Assembly (NCBI RefSeq): GCF_006345805.1
Contig: NC_042998.1
Coordinates: forward strand, 153,636,001-153,700,000
Direction: 5' to 3'
DNA from: Octopus sinensis
Lineage: Eukaryota
DNA length: 64,000 nt
The translations under genes were made by a program, and so were the position numbers. Position 1 is the first letter of the stretch. Each line of letters begins with the position of its first letter. This document shows positions 54,012 to 64,000 of the stretch, piece after piece. The notes beneath the pieces were generated by a model, which saw nothing but the letters and a program-made list of their open reading frames with translations, ran no database searches and was not told where the DNA came from.

Positions 54012-54056
54012 TGTGAGCTCTCAGCTCTAGGAGTCACAGAGGCATTGTCATGACAA
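54012..54056 (-). CDS. FNBP1L: 45-nt phase 2-2 exon (CHDNASVTPRAESS)
   Basis: Long pyrimidine tract plus cag; CA|gtaagg donor. Only the phase-2 frame is open and it joins exon 47219-47358 in frame. Confidence 0.65.
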
Positions 54057-54840
54057 CTGTGTGTATACAGAGAGAGAAGAGGAAGAAGTATAAAGTACAC
54101 ATGTAATGTAACTATATGCAAAGCTGAATATAACATGCAGAAGCGAACTCATATCCTTATTCTGTCAATTTCATGGTAACTGTTTAACTATTATCTTACT
54201 TATACACACACACATTGATCCATGTATCTACATGCCACTTGTCACTGAGTTATTTCTGTTAGCTCATTTTCATTTTATTTATGTAAATAATCTGGGACAT
54301 GAATGTGTTGTATTCTCTTTTTGTATTTGTCTAAATATCTTGTTTGCTGGAGAAAACATAGGACAACTGCTGGGCTTATGACACCAATTGAACACTGAAT
54401 GAAGTAGAAACACATGTCCACAGCTGTTCTCCTGTCTCATGACAACCAAACTGACCTTTTCCTTAATGGCATGTCAAATTTTAAAGAATTCTTGATTTTT
54501 CAAATTATCCCTCACCCTTCTCATATCATGGCCCGAATTGCCACTAGGGAACTGTTCTCTTTCTTGGGAGCAGAGAAGACATCAATAAATCAAGAATATA
54601 TTTTGTATGGTGTCTAATATACCCTTATTTGTTTTTACTGTAGATACATACATGCACACACACACTACATACCCATACACAAACGCAGTCTGTAACACAC
54701 AACTTCTTTCACCCATGTAAAAGTAGTCACATGTCATTACAGATCATGTCTGCATGTGCACATGTGTGACAAAGCAGTCACTCAACATGCCAGAAATGGC
54801 AACCAAATCTCATGAATCATTCCAGTGGTTGAGCATCTAA

Positions 54841-56492
54841 CATTGACAAGGCCAAGATCACATTATCTGGTAGTTTTGGCAGTTGTGTGGCAGAGTTATC
54901 ACCTGCTAGCAATATAAAGAAGAGTGTTTATAAGTACCAAGAGCCCATATGAGAGGTTCTCACCTAGTAAATATCTCGTATTCTGTGTTCTAACATGATT
55001 GCTTACAATATAATGATATACAAAAGGACTGTACAATCACAGCTGGAACACCTTTTATCATATAGTTCAATGAAAACTAACACAAGGCTTCAGCTATTAT
55101 ATATATATATATATATATAGCAACCATATCACTATCTAATCACACACCTATAGTCCTAAATAAGGAAGGGTACATTTGACTATGAAGTCCTTGATATACC
55201 AAAGAAAGATGCAATGATGACAGTTGGAGCACATTTTGTTACAGGTTTGCTCAATCGGGCCTAATCCGAGTAACCAATGTCAGAGCTTTTTGAGTACTGC
55301 AAATCATGTATGCTTGTACCAGTTCTATCACAATGCTACATCAACACCTAAAGGAATATTTGCATGGTTTATCAACATGCTAAAAATAGCAGTTAAAGCA
55401 TGGATGGAAGGCTTTTACAGATGGTTTGTTTAAGCTAGAAATAACCAAATTTTCTCCAAGTTATACATCCAAGTTTCTTGAAAAAAGAAAATCACTATAT
55501 ATGAAAACAATTGTTAGTGTTATCTTTAAAATCATGTGTTCACTCTACACACATACAGTTTTTACTTGTTGCAGTCATTGGAATGCAGCCATAGTGGGAC
55601 ATCACCATGATGGGATTAGTCAATGAAATCAACTATAGTATTTACTTTTAAGTTTGGTACTACCAGTCTCTTTTTGTCAAACAGCTACATTCCAAGGATG
55701 TAAACAAGCCAACATCAATTATCAAACTGTAAAACACAAATACATACATATAAAGATTCACTCACAAGGCAGTGGTCAACCCAGAGCTGTAGTTATGAGG
55801 GACTGAACCAGAAACCACATGGTTGTGAAACAAACTTCTTAATCACTAAGCCAAGTCTGTGTCAATAACATTACACACATTTAAATGTGGATGTTCAGTT
55901 AGAACAAACTATATTGTGGTAGATACCATGAAAGAAACTCTCATATTGGCTTTTGGTGCAAAATTCACTTGTTTATATCAGTAGTGGGGAAATAAATCCC
56001 TTCCATCTCCAGTGCTGAAACAACCAGATCACAGGATTTTGATCTTCCTTGATCTTGTCAATGATGGCCACTCAGCTGTTAGAGATAGCAGCAACTGATC
56101 TCCCCATTAGCAATATATACAGAAACTGCTAGAACAGGTGCTGGTATCGTGATTAGCCAGTGAGCTTGTTAGAAAATATATATTAGTAACAGAGGCAGTA
56201 TTATTACAGAGAGGTAATATTTATAAGAACAAACTATACTGCATGCAGTAGACACCACGAGAGAAACTCTCATACTGGCTTTTGATGCAAAATTGACTCT
56301 TGTTTATATTGCTAGTAGGGAGTTAAATCTCCACCATCTCCAGTGCCAAGACCACCAAATCAGGTGATCTGGTAGTCTTGGCACTGGAGATGGCAGGTAT
56401 TTATCTAATTGCTAGCAATATAAACGAGAGTGTATTTTGCACCAAAAGCCAACATAAGAGTTTCTCTCATGGTATCTACTGCAGTATAGTTT
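54841..56492. mobile_element. Cluster of one palindromic MITE-like family: full palindrome 56231-56492, arm copies 55901-56065 and 54841-54965
   Basis: The halves of 56231-56492 are reverse complements around a 2-4 nt centre (~56361). The other two copies match single arms. Confidence 0.8.
55557..55860 (-). mobile_element. SINE (tRNA-like head at right, CR1-like tail at left)
   Basis: TTTTACTTGTTGCAGTCATTGG tail and GGGACTGAACCAGAAACCACATGGTTG...CTTCTTA head. Confidence 0.65.
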
Positions 56493-56587
56493 ACCAGTAC
56501 TAGGATCAATTGTTCATTCTCTCTCTGTGTGGAAGAAAGTAGTTGTATTCAGATCTGGAGATGGGCTTCTACCAAGTTATATTTTCT

Positions 56588-56712
56588 CTTTTACTTGTTC
56601 CAGCCATTAGACTGCTGCCATGCTGGGGCACCACCTTGAAAGATTTTAGTTAAGACTCCTAGACACTGAACCCGAGATCATGTGACTGGGAAGTGTGAAT
56701 TTCTTAACGACA
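56588..56712 (-). mobile_element. Internally deleted SINE
   Basis: rc tail GGTGGTGCCCCAGCATGGCAGCAGTCTAATGGCTGGAACAAGTAAAAGAG joined to a head with GGGTTCAGTG. Confidence 0.7.
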
Positions 56713-56789
56713 CAGCTCTGCCTGTATCCATGGTGGATTTAAGCGCAAATTAAAAAGGAGGATAACTAAATACAACAAAACACATTCAA

Positions 56790-56965
56790 TGCTGTGTGTG
56801 TGCAGGCATTTGTGTGTTTAAGGTGTTTACTTTAAAACTATGTAGTTTCAGATTCAGTCCCACTGCATGGCAGCTTGGCCAAATCTCTAAGCCAGCCAAT
56901 GCCTTGTGAGTGGAATTGAAAGATGGAAATTGTATGGAAGCCTATCATATTACATTGTGTGTGTT
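56790..56965 (+). mobile_element. SINE 5' part
   Basis: TTCAGTCCCACTGCATGGCAGCTTGGCCAA...GCCTTGTGAGTGGAATTG...GGAAATTGTATGGAAGCC. Confidence 0.6.
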
Positions 56966-58315
56966 TACATTCTGCAACAGTTTCACTTGAAATCACTCAG
57001 GTAAAAGCAACTGACATTTGAGAAATTGCTTTACACTTCAGCACTTTTTAAGTGAAGTAATACATCCAAGTTTCTTGTAAAAAGAAAATCACCATATATG
57101 AAAACAATTGTTAATGTTACCTTTAAAATCATGTGTTCACATCCAACTTTAAATAAATGAATTAATAAGTTTGTTAAATGATAATAAATTATTTTTCTTT
57201 ATTTCTGTGTTGTTCCGTTCTTGATTAATGTCCAAAGGTAATACTATTTATACAAGTCCATAAGAATATTACAGCCTTATAAGAAAATGATATATGCTTG
57301 AGTAGGTTTGAATAGACATTCTAGGTTGTTCGGGGAAAAATATAAGTTCAATATTTGTTTTTCTACTGTGACTGAGACCCAAGAATACTAATAATGAACT
57401 TGTGAGATTTGGATAAAAATAAAAAAATAAAATAGGAACTGCATCAAATACTCTTCAACATTTGCAAAGAAAAGCAAATTTATTTGTTCAGTGATTAAAT
57501 CCTAGGTTTATTCAATTCATTTATACCTATATTACTAAATATTAGTATATTCCTGTAAGCTGAAAAATGACAAATTATCTGTTAGTAAGTATTTATACAT
57601 TTCTCTTGTCAATACAGGTTTTAGAGGAGGAATATTTGAAATATAAATATTCCAAGTGATAGAGATTTTTGGAAGTTAGTCAAGAATAACAATAATGGTA
57701 GCAAATGTCCAAATAACCCTACAAAAAGAAAAAAAAAGCACCAGTGAGAAGATTAAATTTCATGCCTTGAGAGAAAAGAAAACCTTTTATATCCTGTCAG
57801 ATATTAAATTTTCTTTTGTGTTTTAGAAAATGGAATCCCCCACCCAATCTTCTCAAGCTAAGTAATATAGAAATGAAGATGTATTAGAGTTAAATAACTA
57901 GTTACAACCAAACTGTAAATGAGCAAGGTGTTAATATTCCAAATATAGAGGCTTTAGGAAACAAACAAGAAGTGAATAAGAAAAAAAAAAATACACAGAA
58001 CCTATTCTATGTATTGTTCTGTTCATGCATCAGAAGAGAAAAAGTGGAGAGATATCATAGTGTGAAATTCTGGCACAAGTTCCAGCTTTGGGAGGAGACA
58101 TGGCCAGGTTGGAAATTAATGTGAATGAGCAACATCATAGCTAAGGTAGTAAAATTTTCTGGTTAAAATGTTTTTAAAGAAATTAAATTTTTTTTTTAAA
58201 GCAAAAAGTATTGAGAGAAATTTGGGTGAAATAGACATGATCCTTGCTATGAAGTTATGAAGGTGTTAAGTATGTTTTCATGACTTAGTGCTACTGGCAT
58301 AAAATCCCTTCATAC

Positions 58316-58348
58316 CCATTTTCACTGTCTTCTCCGCAAGAACCGTGC
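58316..58348 (-). CDS. FNBP1L: 33-nt phase 2-2 exon (HGSCGEDSENG)
   Basis: ttttctttctttatttag acceptor and GG|gtatga donor. In frame with the 45-nt exon. Confidence 0.65.
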
Positions 58349-59649
58349 CTAAATAAAGAAAGAAAAACATTGTTTTTAAAGACATGTTTATTTATGGTCA
58401 TGTGTAATCTCTGATGAAGACATTTTCTTCATTACAAAAAAAGTGTCTTTTCCTGTCAAATTGAAACAGAGGAACTTGGCAACCATATGTATTCTAGTTC
58501 ACGATGATTGTTAACTAAATATCTTAAATATAACACTAAATGAAGAAAATAGTTAAAAAAAGAAAAAGAGATTAAAAAGAACACAAAAAATGGACTAAGA
58601 TACATACGGAACTGGTTGTTTTTGTGCAATGGAGGAGGAAGGATTAACTACAACTAAAATATCCAGTCTAACACTGCTAACCACATCACTATGAAATTGA
58701 AATGGCACCTACAACAACAATCTAGGTATACTGAAATGAGCAGAGTAATCAATATTTTTCATTTATTTTTTAACGAAACACATAAGAATAAATATTAACT
58801 CAGAATTTTTATTTTCTATCACTGTTTTATACTAATTTTTTCATGTTTAAATATGTGGAGCAGAAATTTCTTATTGTTAGAGGACCTCATCACTACTAAA
58901 TCCAAAAGTCATAAGCTTTGTTCATAGAGATGAAATACATACTAAGCTGATAAAAGATAAATGTAAGTAATTTCTAAAGTTCAATGCACAATAGTTTAAA
59001 ATGATTTTCAGAGATTCATTTAATTCAGCACTTTTTCAAATCATTATAGACAATAAAAGTATTAATAAAGTGCTTTTGAACAGAACCATTAATGAAAATC
59101 CTCACCTCTTAATGTGACTGATTCAAAATATTTTTACTATTTACATCTGACAAAAAAAAAATTGATAAGTCTACCATTAGTGAAATGAGATAGCTTTCTT
59201 TTTATGCAAGCCATTGTTAAATTATGTCAAATATTTGATATAATTTGATACTATGAAGAATACTTATTCATAAAGAAATATTTTTTGACTAGGTACAAAT
59301 CTAGCGGGGGGGAAAAAAAGATATTAGCTGGTATTCATTCCTTGAACCGTAGAATGAGTGTTCTGCTCAAGTAGCAAAATATAACAAATCATATACTAAA
59401 CAAACTAATAAGATATCAATAAATATTAAGGTTTAGCTGTAGTTTGATGAATGTGAAATGCATGTATACGAATGATATAAATGGTGACAAATGTATATAT
59501 GTGATCGTTTTGCAAATGTGTAATAATTGAAAGTGCATGAGGAAAAGTGTAGGCAGGAATTCCATTTGGTGTACGTAGTGTAATCACAGGAAAGTTAACA
59601 GAGAAAGTAGTATTCATGTGTAGAAGATGCACAAGAGCCATAGAGTCTA

Positions 59650-60740
59650 CATATATATGGGAAATGGATTTTTTAGAATGTCCTGGAGGCTCTCTAGAGG
59701 TTGTAGATAATTTCTGTTACCTAGGTGACATAATTAGCAGTGGAAAAGATATTCCAAGAGTGTAATTACTAGAATAAGAATAGGATAGAAAAAAATTCAG
59801 ATAGCTTTTACTTCTGTTGGCAACCAAAGCTCTCTCCCCTGGAGTGAATGGAAGATTGAAAGATGCTTGTGCATAAACTGCAATGCTAGCAAGATGTAGT
59901 GCCTGAATGCAGAAGACACATGAAGATTAGAGAGAAATCATCATCGTTTAATGTCTGCATGGGTTGGACGGTTTGACTGAGGACTGGTGAGCCAGAGTCT
60001 GCACCAGGCTCAATCTGGTCTGGCAAAGTTTCTACAGCTGGATGCCCTTCCTAACACCAACCACTCCGAGAGTGCTGTGGGTGCTTTTAATGTGCCACCG
60101 GCACGAGGGCCAGTCAGGCAGTTCTGGCAATGACCACGTTCACACTCAAAAGGTGTTTTTACGTGCTACCTGCATGGGAGCTAGTCTGATGGCACTGGCA
60201 ATGACCACGCTCGAATGTTGTTTTTCACGTGTCACCTGCACATGAGCTGGTAAGGTGACGCTGGCTACAATCATGCTTGAAGAGTGCTTTTCATGTGTCA
60301 CCGGCACGGCAGCCAATCCGTGGCCCTGGCATTGGTCACGCTCAGATGGGCTTTTGACGTTCCACTGACATGAGTGCCACTCAGGCAGTACTGTCGTTGG
60401 CCACGTCAGCGATAAAGAAATAAAGCGAGTATGCTCATTTGGATGTGCAATGTCAGTGTACATGTATGATAGAATGCTAGTACATTGCGAGAAAATTAGG
60501 CATAAAAGGTATTAGATGTAATGTGCAAGACTACACTGATTTGGTCATGTGATGCATATGGTGCATAAAGAAGTGTCAGTCACTTAAAGTGGATGGAATT
60601 TGTGGAAGAAGGAGACCCAAGGAAATCTGGGCCGATGCAGTGAGGGCCAATCTCAAGATGCTGAGCCTTAAGAAAGAGGTGACAAAGGACCAAAATATCT
60701 GGTGCTTTGCTTTGCTATGCTTGAAAAAAACCTGCCCACT
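59650..60740 (+). mobile_element. Decayed RTE fragment interrupted by an opposite-strand RTE 3' end (59939-60415)
   Basis: LEVVDNFCYLGD...LERN | insertion | KASML..MCNVSVH...GRPK. AGAAAT is duplicated at 59933-59938 and 60416-60421. Confidence 0.75.
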
Positions 60741-61214
60741 ACAACAAAATTAATATTCTAAAAACAACTTGAAAAATGCTTGTATATGGTGAACATCTTC
60801 TCAACCTCTATTCCCTCTGCCCAAGAAGCTTCTCTCTACACGCATCACTTCTTTATCTCTGATATTATTTGACTATCATTATCACCTGAGGGCTTGATAG
60901 GCACATACTATGAATCTCACCCTTTCATTACTTCCCTTGTCCCCCTCCTAATCCAGTCCTCTTACCATTTCACCTATATTCCTCCCCATTGTGCCTTGAG
61001 GGTATGTCCTGACACATATCCAACACCATCTCTCCCACTCTTCTTTCTCTCTAAGTCTTCTCCATTCTTCTCCAATGAGGATGTCTTTGTATCTCTTTTA
61101 CAGTAAGACGCCTATCTCTATCCCTTTCTCATTCTTTTAACCTCATATCGACTGGTACAAAGGCACCTCCTTCAATACTATTCCCACCTACTCCCAGTTG
61201 AGGTGAATTTGTCT

Positions 61215-61430
61215 TGTCTTATAAGCTACTTGGTGACTCCACCAGTATTGGTGCCACACAAAAAGCCCCTAGTACACTCTGTAAAGTTGCTAGCATTAAG
61301 AAAGGTATCCAGCCTTGGAAACCAGGCCAAAACAGACAACAGAACTTGGCATAGCCCTCTGGCTTACCAGCTCTTGTCAAACTGTCCAATCCATGCCAGC
61401 ATGGAGAATGGACATTAAGTGATGATGATG
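61215..61430 (+). mobile_element. RTE-type 3' tail with (ATG)n
   Basis: GGTGCCACACAAAAAGC...AAGAAAGGTATCCAGC...CCAATCCATGCCAGCATGG...GATGATGATG. Confidence 0.65.
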
Positions 61431-61859
61431 TGCAAGCTGTGGAATAAATAAATATGACCAGTTGGTCTGTACACATATCTAATATATTCACTGTTGCATT
61501 AACGTAAATATGTGAGTGATATATTACTATGTTAATGCCCAGCTGTCTATAATTATTTAGGTGTCAATCATCTAATTAGACAACAAAGAGCAATATTGAT
61601 TTCATCATTCTGTTGGAAGTTAGAGCTTAAAGCCCCAAGTCAAAGAAACTGAGATTAGTAACAGGAAGATTGTAATTTTGCTTTTTGTTAGAGCTTTGTC
61701 AGCTCTGCAACTGTTAAATTATAGCATGCTTTAATTTATTCACAGCGATGTACAATAGTGCAAACTTGACAATTAAGTTCTGATGAAAATTACAGAAGGT
61801 GCTACACAAATAGATAAATTATTTAACTTCCATTTTTTTTTATCATCATAGACATCCAT

Positions 61860-62040
61860 AGAGTGGTGGATTGGCAGAATCTTTAAAGCAAAAAAGCCTT
61901 GTGGAATTTCATCACGGTTTTTACTTTCTGAGTTCAAATACTGCTGAGGCCAACTTTCCTGTCATCTCTCTGGGGTAGATAAAACAAAGCACCAGTCAAA
62001 TACCAGGAGTTGATGGAATTATCTACACTCCCAACTCCCA
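61860..62040 (+). mobile_element. Decayed SINE
   Basis: TTCTGAGTTCAAATACTGCTGAGGCCAACTTT...GGGGTAGATAAAACAAAGCACCAGT; contains a B-box-like GAGTTCAAAT. Confidence 0.55.
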
Positions 62041-62564
62041 AAACTGCTGACCTTGCATCATGAATAATGGCTTCACTGACTGTCCAAAAGGCCAATCGAT
62101 GATTCATAGCATTGTTGAGAGGAAATTTTTGAATTGAAACAGATGTTTGAATATAAGTTGAGTACAAAATTTCAAATTGGAATTTATGACAATACAAGAA
62201 TCAAAATTCCTGATCTTCTTGTTATTGATCCTTAATATTGGTTCATAAAATATATTTACAGCAAGAACTATGCAATATGATGGTGCTTTAGATAATAATC
62301 ATGAATGAATATGTAGAGTTAAATTAAACATTTCATCAAATGGTTGATTGTTTGGAATAGATTAAACTTCACTAAATTCAATCAAATATTAAGAGGACAT
62401 GTTTTTAGGTATGATAAAATAAAAAAAGAAAAAAAGTAAGCAGTGTCTATAATATCAGTTGCTTTTTAAGAGCATATTCAAACTTAGAACCCTCTTTATT
62501 TTTTTGTAGATCAGTTATCTTTCATAGATATCCTTCATAATGTCAACAAAATACATAGTGTTAC

Positions 62565-62594
62565 CTGTAATCAAATGAAGTACTCAGATAAATT
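62565..62594 (-). CDS. FNBP1L: Candidate 30-nt phase 2-2 exon (IYLSTSFDY)
   Basis: tttttctttaag acceptor (AAG, weaker) and CAG|gtaaca donor. Only the phase-2 frame is open. Confidence 0.35.
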
Positions 62595-64000
62595 CTTAAA
62601 GAAAAATTTAGTAAAATAACTTTGTCATTATTAGATTGGTGTTTGGAACATAACTTAATATGAAATTTTGATAGGTTTCAATCTAAATACAAGGAGTTTG
62701 TATTATTGAATTAGTGATGAATTAAGGTTGGCTGGTATCAAAAGGGCTAATCTACTGATGCTATCATGTAAACACTAAAATGAAATGAACAAGTTATCAA
62801 ATTAGAATGACTGCAGTTTATTAAGTTATAATATGCAAAAAAATGTTTAATTTAAAAGGTTACTATATCTCAATCCCAACGTCTCATATACAGAGAAGTA
62901 AATGCTAAGATAAAGAGACCAAAATGGAGACCCAAAAAAAAAAAAAAATTACCCCTAAAATTAAAATATTTGAAATAGCAGGTGAAACATCTATCAAAAA
63001 TAAAATATATCAAAAATAAAATATACAAAAATAAAATATATATTGGAAGAAAATAAAAAATAATTTACTATTTGAAGATACATGTATGTGAGTGTAAATA
63101 TGCATATATTGTATGCATGTGTGTGTGCATGCACACACACACACATTCATGCCCAAGCACACAAATGTACAGTGGAAGATGAAAGTGTCAAGTGGACAAG
63201 TCAACAATTCAGTATTATGTACTCATATGAAACTGAGTTACGTTATCTGTGAAAAACTACCATTACATCTTAGAGGGGATATCTTGCTCACACAACATTG
63301 TTGAAACCAGCTCTGCTTATAGGGGCTTACAGCAATAACTTCATTAGTACTACTGGTGTTGAATGTAAAACAGAAGGTATCACATAGATCTAGCCCGACA
63401 AAATGTGTATTAGCTGCTGAGTAGAGAAAATAGTTTAAAATATGTAAGAAATGTTTTAAGTACTTGCCTTTCTAGTTAGGCTTTAGTGACAAATCATTTG
63501 ATAAATGAACAATCAAACTACCATATAGATAAATACATAGTTGGGTAATAATTATAATCCTTGTTCATGCTAGGCTTTATGTGACAATACAGTGAATGAC
63601 AAAAAAAAAAAAAAAGGTCTAATTTCACACTTACTAACCAGCTGAATCAATTAAAAGCCAGTCTTCAGTATTTAAAACCCAATTTAAAGATCTAAGCTTT
63701 CTTCTCCATTGAGGTGAAGGTTTCAAAGAAATTCAACATTAAATTGTTCAAGAAAATTGAGTATGTTTTTAAATACTTTAAAGATTTTGACAGCATCAAA
63801 GAGAATAACCTCAAATAATAGTAGGCTAAAAAACTTTTGCAAAAATACAAGATTGAGATTATGAATGATTCTATGGAATTCTTCAAGTTCAGCATTATGA
63901 ATTACAGTTGAAATTTAATGTAGGATAGGTCAAATCAAATAGATCAAGACCAAAGGATCTAGGTAAAAATTATGGGAGTACAGAAACAAAGTTAGTTACA

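Overview
AT-rich animal genomic DNA. It is probably from an octopod cephalopod; this is inferred from the huge (TA)n/(TATG)n tracts and the repeat types, not from a database search. About 1-41 kb is a transposon graveyard. It holds two mariner families, two CR1-group LINE families in several fragments, RTE LINEs, a Tx1/L1-like RT, Penelope-like element (PLE) remnants, an internally deleted piggyBac, foldback MITEs, SINEs and a 100-N scaffold gap (10087-10186). The right third carries the 3' end of a minus-strand host gene of the FNBP1L/CIP4/Toca-1 family. Visible parts are two SH3-encoding exons plus small phase-2 exons; the F-BAR and HR1 exons must lie beyond the right edge. The most notable signal is a pair of inverted type I hammerhead ribozymes at 23152-23211 (-) and 23488-23525 (+). 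They sit in a 361-bp-period PLE-pLTR/retrozyme-like unit, and the canonical C3-G8 core pair is replaced by U3-A8. Almost all Y/I-rich ORFs in the ORF track are microsatellite artefacts. Boundaries of decayed repeats are approximate and were read by eye.
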